Assembly: GCF_006345805.1 (NCBI RefSeq)
Contig: NW_021832820.1
Location: 1-32,175 of the forward strand
Length of the DNA stretch: 32,175 nucleotides
Reading direction: 5' to 3'
Origin: Octopus sinensis
Taxonomy: Eukaryota
In this document: positions 11,688 through 23,242 of the stretch, piece by piece
Layout: each line of letters opens with the position of its first letter
Position numbering within the stretch: position 1 is the stretch's first letter
Notes under the pieces: generated by a model
The model's database searches: none
Told to the model about the DNA's origin: nothing
Seen by the model: the letters and a program-made list of their open reading frames with translations, nothing else
Program-made: the position numbers and the translations under genes

Positions 11688-11734
<47 letters not shown>

Positions 11735-11739
11735 ATATT

Positions 11740-11790
<51 letters not shown>

Positions 11791-11975
11791 ATGCACATGT
11801 ATGTTCTCACATACACACATATATCAATAAATACACATACACACACATTTATACGCACATATATTTATCTACACACACATATATATATATATACACACTC
11901 ACACATACATACATATGCATATGTACTTGTACGCACACACACACACTCACGTAAACGCATGTACACATACGAATG
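11688..11975. repeat. (CA)n/(TA)n/(TG)n compound microsatellite
   Basis: Directly visible. Confidence 0.9.
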
Positions 11976-12285
11976 AATACTTTTCATGTTTCTTTAAATA
12001 GAGTTGTACGTGCTTCCAAAGCCGTGCTTTCGTTTGTACGTGTTTGCTTGTGCGTTACACCGTCAGTAAGTTTCTCTGTGTGTGCTTGTATGCATCTATC
12101 TATGTGTGTATGTATGTATGTATGTATGTATACGTGTGTGTAAGTGTTTGTATGTGTCGTTTTCGTTTCACAATAGATATTTGTCTGACGCAGCCGATAT
12201 CCAATAGAACCGGACAGAAACAGAACAAGGAAAGATTTCAACAAATTTCCACTGTCCTCCTACGATTAACGCTGCCGTATATGCA

Positions 12286-12308
12286 TTGATTGACAGGCCA
12301 TCAATCAA
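12286..12308. promoter_or_regulatory. Candidate TALE/Hox composite site (TGATTGACAG plus an inverted TGATTGAT)
   Basis: Exact matches to the PBX-MEIS/PREP decamer and the PBX-HOX octamer in a 23-bp inverted arrangement. This is motif evidence only. Confidence 0.35.
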
Positions 12309-12419
12309 ACAACAGCCATAGAAAGCTAAGCAATTATAGGAAGGTCACTGGCAGAATTTCTGTCACTGGCAGAATTTTGGCCGGGCTATAAAAAAAATTT
12401 AACGAAGAAACCGCCATTA

Positions 12420-12460
12420 TACACACACATATATATATATATATACATATAGTTATATAC

Positions 12461-12512
<52 letters not shown>

Positions 12513-12680
12513 ATATATATAGTTATTTGCATATATATGTGTGTATATGCATGCATATATCAATATATATGATTATGTATGTCTACATATATGTATATAC
12601 ATACGTATACAAACACATATATGTATACACGTACACATATGCAGGCAGTAATATTTATCCATATATATGTGTGTGTACTG
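12420..12680. repeat. TA-rich compound microsatellite
   Basis: Directly visible. Confidence 0.85.
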
Positions 12681-12914
12681 TAGATGTCTATCTTTGTACA
12701 CGCACACTCACAAACCTTTTGGTTTGTTTCTTTAGATATAACTTATGGATGCTGTAGCAGACGACATCCAGTCAATAGCAGACGATAGAATATTAGAAGT
12801 ACTAAATGAAACGAAAAAAATTGTCTACAGAAAATTAAGTCGCCAGAGAAGTCTGTAGAAGAAAATTAAGTCCGCGGAAAATGCTTTGCATAAAATTATG
12901 TCCACAGATAACAA

Positions 12915-13012
12915 AAACAACAACAAATAATAATAATAAAATAATAATAATAATATGATAATAATGATAATGATAATGATAATAATGATAATGATGATGA
13001 TGATGATGATGA
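12915..13012. repeat. AAC/AAT/GAT trinucleotide gradient
   Basis: Directly visible. Confidence 0.9.
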
Positions 13013-13282
13013 ATAAAATAAAACAAAAATCTAAGAAAATGAAAAAGATAAAAGCGGATGATTGCGGACAATTAAATCCGCAGAAAATGACTGCATGCGT
13101 AGAAAATAAAATCTGTTCCGAATCAAACGAAGTAAATTAAAACAAAATAAATAATATAACAAATATGACAGTAAAAATAAATGAAGTTAAGGCTTAAACA
13201 ATTAAATTAGGAATTTTGTAAAGCGAAGTCTACGTTGTTTCGGTCCCTGTTGAGGTTTTATTGTTGTTTGTCTTTCAGAAGG

Positions 13283-13467
13283 CGCAGGCATGGTTGTGTG
13301 GTAAAAGGTTTGCTTTCCAACCACATGTTTCTGAACTCGGAACCTCGGTTCCGGGTTCAGTCCCACTGTGTTGCACCTTAGGCAAGTATCTTCTACAATG
13401 TTATAACTTAGAGCCGACAAAAGACTTCTGAGTGGAGTTGGTAGGCGGAAACTGAAAGAAGTCCGTC
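13283..13467 (+). mobile_element. SINE group 2, 5' half
   Basis: Aligns with 15081-15243 and ends at GGAAACTGAAAGAAGTCCGTC. Confidence 0.85.
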
Positions 13468-13566
13468 TGGTGGCCTCCAGAGGTGGAAGCAATATTATCG
13501 ATGACCACAAATACCACCACCACCAAACCAAACCAAACCTTTCAACTAACAGTTATCATCATCATC

Positions 13567-13758
13567 GGCGAGATGGCAGAAAATTTAGCGGTATTTCGTC
13601 GGTCTTTATGTTCTGAGTTCAAATTCCGCCGAGGTCGACTTCGTCTTTTATCCTTTTTGGATCGATAAGTTAAATACCAGTTGCGTACTGAGGTCGATCT
13701 AATCGACTGCCCCCCTCCTCAAAATTTCGGGCCTTGTGCCTAGAGTAGAAAATATTAT
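13567..13758 (+). mobile_element. tRNA-derived SINE, group 1 (GGCGAGCTGGCAGAA head), with a ~20-bp head deletion; nested inside a group 2 SINE
   Basis: A-box-like TGGCAGAA and B-box GAGTTCAAATTCCG; homologous copies at 17076, 26290, 28398 and 32148. Confidence 0.85.
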
Positions 13759-13929
13759 CAATAACGGTGCGAAAATGCCTTTGACACCTTGGTCGATATC
13801 TGACGAGGAGTTGGTGACATTCTGTGTTTGTTCACATTCTGTGTCCGTGCATTTAGTAAGTTTTTCCACTTGACGTCCTGTATCACTTTCCCGTTCGTTT
13901 GTTTATTACTATACGGGTTTCACCTCTGA

Positions 13930-14175
13930 ATATATATATATACGACAGGCGTGTGTGTGTGTGTGTGTGTGTTTGTCCTCCACCACCGCTTCACAGCTGC
14001 TGTTGGTGTGTTTACGTCTCCGTAACTTAGCGGTTCAGCAAAGGAGACTGATAATAAGTACTAGGCTTTAAGAAAAGAATGTCTTGGGGTCGATTCCTTC
14101 GTCTGAAATTCATCAAGGCTGTGCCCCAGCATGGTCGCAGTCTAATGACCGCAACAAGCAAAAGATAAAAGACAA
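13930..14175 (+). mobile_element. SINE group 2, 3' half
   Basis: Aligns with 15245-15487, resuming at the internal TA/TG tract. Confidence 0.85.
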
Positions 14176-14254
14176 AATCTGGTAAAGAAAAACTGGTCCA
14201 GGGATTACGAGGTTTCACTAGAATATAAGATTATAGATATATTGTAAGTATAGT

Positions 14255-14472
14255 ATTATCGCCTCGAGATTATCGCCTCGAGTCCTAGGATCCCTAGGGG
14301 CCAGTTACCCGATTTCCATGCTGCATAGGTGACCGAGTTCACAACAGCTCTCCTTGAACAGTTTTGCCAATTGTGTGGGCTGGAGTAGCGTGAAATGAAG
14401 TTCTTTGTACGAACTGAAACCACGACGGCAAGATTGCGAGTGCAACACCCTAACCACTTGGTCACGCGCCTT
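14255..14472 (-). mobile_element. Diverged SINE group 3 copy with a tail Y-like end and a 14-bp terminal tandem duplication
   Basis: The minus strand reads GAAGGCGCGTGACCAAGTGGTTAGGGTGTTGCACTC..TTCATTTCACGCTACTCCAG..TGGCAAAA..GGAAATCGGG..GGACTCGAGG. ATTATCGCCTCGAG occurs twice at 14255-14282. Confidence 0.7.
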
Positions 14473-15080
14473 CACGGGATGTTTGTAGAATGAAAGACTA
14501 AAAGGTTTTTCTAGAGTAAATTCGAAGAAAACTAAGAGTGCAGAAAAGTCCGTCGGAAATGAAGTCTGCAGGTAATTTAGCAGGCGTGTAATTAAGTCTT
14601 GGGGAAAATTTGATCAGCGCATTAATTGGTTATTTTTGATAATCAGCTGATAGAAAAATAAAAGTAAAAAATATAAAAAATTAATAAATATGAAGTGAAA
14701 AGAAATAAGAACGTTGATGTGATATAATTATCAAACAGATTAGTCTTCGTTTTGAAGAAGGAAGTGTCCAAGATAAAAATATAGATCATCGAATATAATT
14801 AACGGAGAGGACATTCACATGGATGGTGGGCGAGGGGTGGGGAGAGAAAAAGGCAAGAAACAACAAAAACAATGGCTGGGATAGTGTTAATACTTCAGGG
14901 ATTTTTTTGTTGTTAAATCTAATTAGAAATAATGGTTAAGAAAGGACTATCTCGTTACTAGTACGCCAAATACGTTGAAATCTATAATTAGATTGTCGCT
15001 GAAAAGTTCTAATTAGTCAGAAACGTATATGTAGTTGTCATTCGTTACTTGTCGAAGCGTTCACAAATATCATCTGCATA

Positions 15081-15487
15081 GGTGTAGGAGTGGCTGTGTG
15101 GTAAGTAGCTTGCTTACCAACCACATGGTTCCGGGTTCAGTCCCACTGCGTGCCACCTTGGGCAAGTGTCTTCTACTATTGCCTCGGGCCAACCAAAGCC
15201 TTGCGAGTGGATTTGGTAGACGGAAACTGAAAGAAGCCCGTCGTAAATATATATATATGTGTGTGTGTGTGTGTTTGTGTGTCTGTGTTTGTCCCCCCCC
15301 CCCAACATCGCTTGACAACCGATGCTGGTGTGTTTACGTCCCCGTAACTTAGCAATTCGGCAAAGGAGACCGATAGGATAAGCACTAGGCTTACAAAGAA
15401 TAAGTCCTGGGGTCGATTTGCTCGACTAAAGGCGGTGCTTCAGCATGGCCACAGTCAAAATGATTGAAACAAGTAAAAGAGTAAAAA
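15081..15487 (+). mobile_element. tRNA-derived SINE, group 2, full length, with an internal (TA)/(TG) microsatellite
   Basis: A-box-like TGGCTGTGTGG and B-box GGTTCAGTCCC, followed by CCTTGGGCAAGTGTCTT (CORE-like start). The tail is GGCGGTGCTTCAGCATGGCCACAGTC..GAAACAAGTAAAAGA. Homologous pieces lie at 13283, 13930 and 7831. Confidence 0.9.
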
Positions 15488-15787
15488 GTCTTTGAATTAA
15501 AGTTATCTTTTCCTCAATCCCATATTTGGTAATCTACCAGCCATTCGACAGTGAGAGAGAGGTTTAATTCTTATTGTTGCTTCGAGATATGTAATCGTTA
15601 AATATATATAGGGAGAGAGAGAGCAGTCCCGGGGTTTACATTGTAGATTGGTTCCATGGGGGAGATGAAAACCAAAATCGCCTGAAGTCAGAGAGATGTT
15701 TAGTTAATAATAATAATAATAATAATAAAGCAGAAACAAAATTTCAACAACTGTCTATTGAAAGGGAAATAATAAATGATTTTCACG

Positions 15788-15833
<46 letters not shown>

Positions 15834-16642
15834 TGAGTGTTATATGCAGTCAGATACACTCACGGCCAGAATGTACAAACACACACACACTCACAGAATG
15901 ACAAGCAGACACATGACTGTGCCAAGTAAACACATACACTCACGCATGTACATATAACAGCCACGCACAAAACACACGTACGTAGTCACATACACAAACA
16001 CACGACATATAAACAACCACGCACACACAGCAAAAAGCCACTCTTCCACATCTCTCTATCCTTCTTTCTTCCTTTCTCACACACACACACACTACACAGA
16101 ACGTCTTATCTTGCATTCGCTGCGCCGTCTTAAAACACCTCTTAAGCCCACCATCAAACTTCCGGTCAGTCAACGGTCAGTAAATATATACCAATTCCAC
16201 GTGATTCCTTCGTCAATATTATCCCCTTTATAACCTTTCTTTAACAGTTTTTTCCTTCCTTTCGTTCCACTCTAATTCTATTCCAAAAATGGACAATATC
16301 CGAAGCATCTTAACAACTATTTGCATTTCTCTGAGCGTCGACTTCATAATTTTAATTGTGAAATTATCCTGACTTGTTACTGTTTATTTCTTTTCATTCT
16401 TCAATGTACAAATAAATAAACAACAATGAAATACACACACATACACACACACGCACACACACATACATATTTATAAGCTAGCAACCTGAAACTTCGAAGT
16501 CACTGTCACGACTCTCTTGTAAGAGTATAATAGACACGTACTCTACTGAAAAGTACTGAGTAATTTTTCAATTTCACGTAAAATGTTTTTTATTATAAGT
16601 CGACATAGAACAAGCGTTGATATAAATGTGTTTGTGAACTGA

Positions 16643-16939
16643 CACTCAGTCGGTTACGACAACGAGAGTTCCAGTTGATTTGAGCAATGGAATAGCTCGC
16701 TCGTGAAATTAATGTGCACGTGACTGAGCACTCCACAGGCATGCGTACTCTTAAGGTTGTTCTCCGGGAGATTCAACATGACACTGAGTGTGACAAGGTT
16801 GGCCCCCTCTTGAATTACAAGTACAACTCATTTTTGCCAGCTGAGTGGACTGGAGCAATGTGGAATAAAGTGTCTTGCTCAAGAACACAGCACGGCGCCT
16901 GAAATCGAACTCACGACCCACTAAGCCACGCGCCTTCAC
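16643..16939 (-). mobile_element. tRNA-derived SINE, group 3, tail X, with a deletion in the tRNA head
   Basis: Shares its head and core (TGTTCTTGAGCAAGACACTT..TTGCTCCAGTCCACTCAGCTGGCAAAAA) with 24781-25038 and its tail with 23730-23920. Confidence 0.85.
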
Positions 16940-17075
16940 TTACGTACATGTATGCAAATATACACATACATACACACGGCTTACTAATGAGAAACAGGAG
17001 GAAAAGTACTCTGTCCTGGGGATAGGATCCTTAATCATTATTATGTGGGGTCAGTCGCCAAAACAGGAGAATTTC

Positions 17076-17270
17076 GGCAGAATCGTTACACCTTGGTCAT
17101 TTTTTCCGGATCTTTACGTTCTACGTTCAAATGCCACCAAGGCTGACTTTCCGTTTCATCCTTTCGGAGCCGATAAAATAAGGTAGCAGTCAAGTACTGC
17201 GGTCGATGAGATCGATTTGAACCCCAGCCTTACAATTGCTGGCCTCGTACTAAAATCTGAAAGAATTATT
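17076..17270 (+). mobile_element. SINE group 1, diverged copy
   Basis: GGCAGAATCGTTA..ACGTTCAAATGCCACC..TTTCATCCTTTCGG..GGTCGAT..TTGCTGGCCTCGTACTAAAATCTGAAA aligns with 13567-13758. Confidence 0.8.
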
Positions 17271-17329
17271 TTTACTACTATCACTGCTTTTAGTAGTAAC
17301 AGTCCTAAGCAGCGGCTGCCCTGTACCTT

Positions 17330-17450
17330 CCTACGGCCCCCTACAAACAGCAACGGCGACTGGACGGTTTAACATTCAGTGCCTTGGCCATGGTACCCAG
17401 CAAGGTGTTTTATCGCAGGCCGAGCACGAACCACCGACCTCCATGTTCAT
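17330..17450 (-). mobile_element. Possible old tRNA/CORE-type SINE remnant
   Basis: The minus strand has GGAGGTCGGTGGTTCGTGCTCGGCC (B-box-like) followed by CCATGGCCAAGGCACTGAATG (CORE-like); no clear A-box. Confidence 0.35.
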
Positions 17451-17519
17451 GCTATTTATTGGCTTATTATTTCCTGATACTATTCTCGGCACGGCCTCCC
17501 TCCTGTCTCTACAGTGGGC

Positions 17520-17694
17520 TCTATATGTATATGTGTGTATGTACGTATGTAGATGTATGCATGTATATATATATGTATGTATGCATGTATATATATGCAT
17601 GCATGTATGTATATATATATATAAGTGTATGTATATGTGTGCATATATATACATATATATACATGCATATATATATACATACATACGTATATAG

Positions 17695-17731
<37 letters not shown>

Positions 17732-18450
17732 ACACACACACACATATATATATATATAAAAGTGTGTATGTATATGTGTGCATTTATATACATATATATA
17801 CATAATCACATATAGATATATACACATATGTATATATATATATATATATATATGCTTGTATGTATGCGTTTGAAATTTGTTCGTGTAAGGACACATGTAC
17901 CCGTGAATGTGTGTGTGTATGTGTGTATACATATTGGTGCATGCGCATGCGCAGTTTATGCTATAATCGCGACGGAAGGTGAGGGTGGGATATATATATA
18001 TACTTCAGTGTCACATTCTCTCTGCGTGTAACTCTGTGTCTTTCCCTTGCTCTCACTATTACTCTCCCTCTCTTTCTATCTCTCCCTCTCTCTCCCTCTC
18101 TCTCTCTCTCTCTTCCTCTTTCTCTGTATGAGGTGTATACGTCTGTATGTCATAGTGCCGTTTCTATAGGACTGTATAATAGTTAAAAGTATGTGTGTGT
18201 GTGAGCATTAGCAACTGTATATGCGAGTATGCATGAAAGCAAATACGTATGTATGTATGCACGTATGTACGTAGGTATGTTTGTATGTGTGAATGTATGC
18301 ATGTTAATATATGGGTATGTACGTGCATATATATATATATACACGCACAGACATATACATATGAATGTGTATAGCTGTGTATTTATTTATGTATGTATGT
18401 ATGTATGTATGCGTGTGTACATGTATGCATGTATGTGTGTATGTATGCTT
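17520..18450. repeat. Cluster of compound TA/TG/CA/CT/TATG microsatellites
   Basis: Directly visible. Confidence 0.85.
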
Positions 18451-18658
18451 CTTTATGCAACTGGTCGAAAAGAGACAGACAAGTGCAAGATTAGATGCAG
18501 TCGATAATATATAAGGGTTAAAATGAATCGGTTGAAGTCAATAGTCACGTGATAAAAATCTTTCTTCGGAACCAGCAGACGACCAATACTGAGAACGAAC
18601 TGGAACGAAAGAGTATGCAATAATAATAATAAAATAATAATAATAATAATAATAATAA

Positions 18659-19083
18659 TTTGCTTGTCAGTTGTTTGACCTTAACCAGTTGAGCATGTCC
18701 CTTAGTGGCGGACGATACGTACATCTCTGACCACGAGCAGAAGTAGTGGGGAAGCATCATAGCCGTGTGTTGAAATGAATTCTTAGAGGTTTGGATAATT
18801 CAGCTTTGGGAACATGGGTGTTTCGTTCAACATCCTTAAACAATCCTTATTCAGGGACCTTTTGAGTGGGATGGGCTACTCGACCAGAAGAAAGTTCTAA
18901 CTGGGCCTCCACCTGCAAGGTCATGTGCTGTTAATCTTGATATGAGATCACCATGTCGCGCACATATGGTTGTGATGCATGTGCCTGGTGTACCCTTATC
19001 AGACGGGTAGTCATGATGGGTATATTGGGCTTCGTATATTTTACCCCAGTGTCACTTTGATGGCATGCACTGCTCTCTCACTC
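18659..19083 (+). mobile_element. 5'-truncated copy of non-coding retroposon family D, flanked by (AAT)n
   Basis: Closely similar to 26710-27087. It starts directly after (AAT)n and ends CTGCTCTCTCACTC-(AAT)n. Confidence 0.85.
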
Positions 19084-19120
19084 AATAATAATAAGAAGAA
19101 TTACTAACGATGATGGTGAT

Positions 19121-19199
19121 GATAATCTTTTCTTCTATAAGCACAAGGCCTGAAATTTTGCAGGAGGAAGATAGTCGGTTAGATAGGGCCCAAGGCTGA
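19121..19199 (-). mobile_element. SINE group 1 3' end that grades into the 32-bp satellite
   Basis: ATAATCTTTTCTTCTATAAGCACAAGGCCTGAAATTTTGCAGGAGG matches the reverse complement of 13710-13758. Confidence 0.8.
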
Positions 19200-22100
19200 A
19201 AGATAGTCGGTTAGATAGGGCCCAAAGTTGAAAGATAGTCGGTTAGATAGGGCCCAAGGTTGAAAGATAGTCGGTTAGATAGGGCCCAAGGTTGAAAGAT
19301 AGTCGGTTAGATAGGGCCCAAGGTTGAAAGATAGTCGGTTAGATAGGGCCCAAGGTTGAAAGATAGTCGGTTAGATAGGGCCCAAGGTTGAAAGATAGTC
19401 GTTTAGATAGGGCCCAAGGTTGAAAGATAGTCGGTTAGATAGGGCCCAAGGCTGAAAGATAGTCGGTTAGATAGGGCCCAAGGCTGAAAGATAGTCGTTT
19501 AGATAGGGCCCAAGGTTGAAAGATAGTCGGTTAGATAGGGCCCAAGGTTGAAAGATAGTCGTTTAGATAGGGCCCAAGGTTGAAAGATAGTCGGTTAGAT
19601 AGGGCCCAAGGCTGAAAGATAGTCGGTTAGATAGGGCCCAAGGTTGAAAGATAGTCGGTTAGATAGGGCCCAAGGTTGAAAGATAGTCGGTTAGATAGGG
19701 CCCAAGGTTGAAAGATAGTCGGTTACATAGGGCCCAAGGTTGAAAGATAGTCGGTTAGATAGGGCCCAAGGTTGAAAGATAGTCGGTTAGATAGGGCCCA
19801 AGGCTGAAAGATAGTCGGTTAGATAGGGCCCAAGGCTGAAAGATAGTCGTTTAGATAGGGCCCAAGGTTGAAAGATAGTCGGTTAGATAGGGCCCAAGGT
19901 TGAAAGATAGTCGTTTAGATAGGGCCCAAGGTTGAAAGATAGTCGGTTAGATAGGGCCCAAGGCTGAAAGATAGTCGGTTAGATAGGGCCCAAGGTTGAA
20001 AGATAGTCGGTTAGATAGGGCCCAAGGTTGAAAGATAGTCGGTTAGATAGGGCCCAAGGCTGAAAGATAGTCGGTTAGATAGGGCCCAAGGTTGAAAGAT
20101 AGTCGGTTAGATAGGGCCCAAGGTTGAAAGATAGTCGGTTAGATAGGACCCAAGGTTGAAAGATAGTCGGTTAGATAGGGCCCAAGGCTGAAAGATAGTC
20201 GGTTAGATAGGGCCCAAGGCTGAAAGATAGTCGGTTAGATAGGGCCCAAGGTTGAAAGATAGTCGGTTAGATAGGGCCCAAGGCTGAAAGATAGTCGGTT
20301 AGATAGGGCCCAAGGTTGAAAGATAGTCGGTTAGATAGGGCCCAAGGTTGAAAGATAGTCGGTTAGATAGGGCCCAAGGTTGAAAGATAGTCGGTTAGAT
20401 AGGGCCCAAGGTTGAAAGATAGTCGGTTAGATAGGGCCCAAGGCTGAAAGATAGTCGGTTAGATAGGGCCCAAGGTTGAAAGATAGTCGGTTAGATAGGG
20501 CCCAAGGTTGAAAGATAGTCGGTTAGATAGGGCCCAAGGTTGAAAGATAGTCGGTTAGATAGGGCCCAAGGTTGAAAGATAGTCGGTTAGATAGGGCCCA
20601 AGGTTGAAAGATAGTCGGTTAGATAGGGCCCAAGGTTGAAAGATAGTCGGTTAGATAGGGCCCAAGGCTGAAAGATAGTCGGTTAGATAGGGCCCAAGGT
20701 TGAAAGATAGTCGGTTAGATAGGGCCCAAGGTTGAAAGATAGTCGGTTAGATAGGGCCCAAGGTTGAAAGATAGTCGGTTAGATAGGGCCCAAGGCTGAA
20801 AGATAGTCGGTTAGATAGGGCCCAAGGTTGAAAGATAGTCGTTTAGATAGGGCCCAAGGTTGAAAGATAGTCGTTTAGATAGGGCCCAAGGTTGAAAGAT
20901 AGTCGTTTAGATAGGGCCCAAGGTTGAAAGATAGTCGGTTAGATAGTGCCCAAGGCTGAAAGATAGTCGGTTAGATAGGGCCCAAGGTTGAAAGATAGTC
21001 GGTTAGATAGGGCCCAAGGTTGAAAGATAGTCGGTTAGATAGGGCCCAAGGTTGAAAGATAGTCGGTTAGATAGGGCCAAGGCTGAAAGATAGTCGGTTA
21101 GATAGGGCCCAGGTTGAAAGATAGTCGGTTAGATAGGGCCCAAGGTTGAAAGATAGTCGGTTAGATAGGGCCCAAGGCTGAAAGATAGTCGTTTAGATAG
21201 GGCCCAAGGTTGAAAGATAGTCGGTTAGATAGGGCCCAAGGTTGAAAGATAGTCGGTTAGATAGGGCCCAAGGTTGAAAGATAGTCGGTTAGATAGGGCC
21301 CAAGGCTGAAAGATAGTCGTTTAGATAGGGCCCAAGGTTGAAAGATAGTCGGTTAGATAGGGCCCAAGGCTGAAAGATAGTCGTTTAGATAGGGCCCAAG
21401 GTTGAAAGATAGTCGGTTAGATAGGGCCCAAGGCTGAAAGATAGTCGGTTAGATAGGGCCCAAGGTTGAAAGATAGTCGGTTACATAGGGCCCAAGGTTG
21501 AAAGATAGTCGGTTAGTAGGGCCAAGGTTGAAAGATAGTCGGTTAGATAGGGCCCAAGGTTGAAAGATAGTCGGTTAGATGGGCCCAAGGTTGAAAGATA
21601 GTCGGTTAGATAGGGCCCAAGGCTGAAAGATAGTCGGTTAGATAGGGCCCAAGGTTGAAAGATAGTCGGTTAGATAGGGCCCAAGGCTGTTGAAAGATAG
21701 TCGGTTAGATAGGGCCCAGGTTGAAAGTAGTCGGTTAGATAGGGCCAAGGTTGAAAGGTAGTCGGTTAGATAGGGCCAAGTTGAAAGATAGTCGGTTAGA
21801 TAGGGCCAAGGCTGAAAGATAGTCGGTTAGATAGGGCCCAAGGTTGAAAGATAGTCGGTTAGATAGGGCCCAAGGTTGAAAGATAGTCGGTTAGATAGGG
21901 CCCAAGGTTGAAAGATAGTCGGTTAGATAGGGCCCAAGGCTGAAAGATAGTCGGTTAGATAGGGCCCAAGGCTGAAAGATAGTCGGTAGATAGGGCCCAA
22001 GGTGAAAGATAGTCGGTTAGATAGGGCCCAAGGTTGAAAGATAGTCGGTTAGATAGGCCCAAGGCTGAAAGATAGTCGGTTAGATAGGGCCCAAGGCTGA

Positions 22101-23242
22101 AAGATAGTCGTTTAGATAGGGCCCAAGGTTGAAAGATAGTCGTTTAGATAGGGCCCAAGGTTGAAAGATAGTCGGTTAGATAGGGCCAAGGCTGAAAGAT
22201 AGTCGGTTAGATAGGGCCCAAGGTTGAAAGATAGTCGGTTAGATAGGGCCCAAGGTTGAAAGATAGTCGGTTAGATAGGGCCAAGGTTGAAATATAGTCG
22301 GTTAGATAGGGCCCAAGGTTGAAAGATAGTCGGTTAGATAGGGCCAAGGCTGAAAGATAGTCGGTTAGATAGGGCCCAAGGTTGAAAGATAGTCGTTTAG
22401 ATAGGGCCCAAGGTTGAAAGATAGTCGTTTAGATAGGGCCCAAGGTTGAAGATAGTCGGTTAGATAGGGCCCAAGGCTGAAAGATAGTCGGTTAGATAGG
22501 GCCCAAGGTTGAAACATAGTCGGTTAGATAGGGCCCAAGGTGAAAGATAGTCGGTTAGATAGGGCCCAAGGCTGAAAGATAGTCGGTTAGATAGGGCCCA
22601 AGGTTGAAAGATAGTCGGTTAGATAGGCCCAAGGCTGAAAGATAGTCGGTTAGATAGGGCCCAAGGTGAAAGATAGTCGGTTAGATAGGGCCCAAGGTTG
22701 AAAGATAGTCGGTTAGATAGGGCCCAAGGTTGAAAGATAGTCGGTTAGATAGGGCCCAAGGTTGAAAGATAGTCGGTTAGATAGGGCCCAAGGTGAAAGA
22801 TAGTCGGTTAGATAGGGCCCAAGGCTGAAAGATAGTCGGTTAGATAGGGCCCAAGGTTGAAAGATAGTCGGTTAGATAGGGCCCAAGGTCGAAAGATAGT
22901 CGGATAGGGCCCAAGGTTGAAAGATAGTCGGTTAGATAGGGCCCAAGGTTGAAAGATAGTCGGTTAGATAGGGCCCAAGGTTGAAAGATAGTCGGTTAGA
23001 TAGGGCCCAAGGTTGAAAGATAGTCGGTTAGATAGGGCCCAAGGTTGAAAGATAGTCGGTTAGATAGGGCCCAAGGTTGAAAGATAGTCGGTTAGATAGG
23101 GCCCAAGGTTGAAAGATAGTCGGTTAGATAGGGCCCAAGGTTGAAAGATAGTCGGTTAGATAGGGCCCAAGGTTGAAAGATAGTCGGTTAGATAGGGCCC
23201 AAGGTTGAAAGATAGTCGGTTAGATAGGGCCCAAGGTTGAAA
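19168..23242. repeat. 32-bp satellite array, ~127-128 units, consensus AAGATAGTCGGTTAGATAGGGCCCAAGGTTGA
   Basis: Directly visible. Recurrent variants are GGCTGA, GTCGTT and TTACAT. There are no unique spacers. Confidence 0.99.

Noticed and set aside
19168-23242. 32-bp repeat resembling a CRISPR repeat in length
   Set aside because: Units are head-to-tail with no spacers, there are no cas genes, and the context is eukaryotic.
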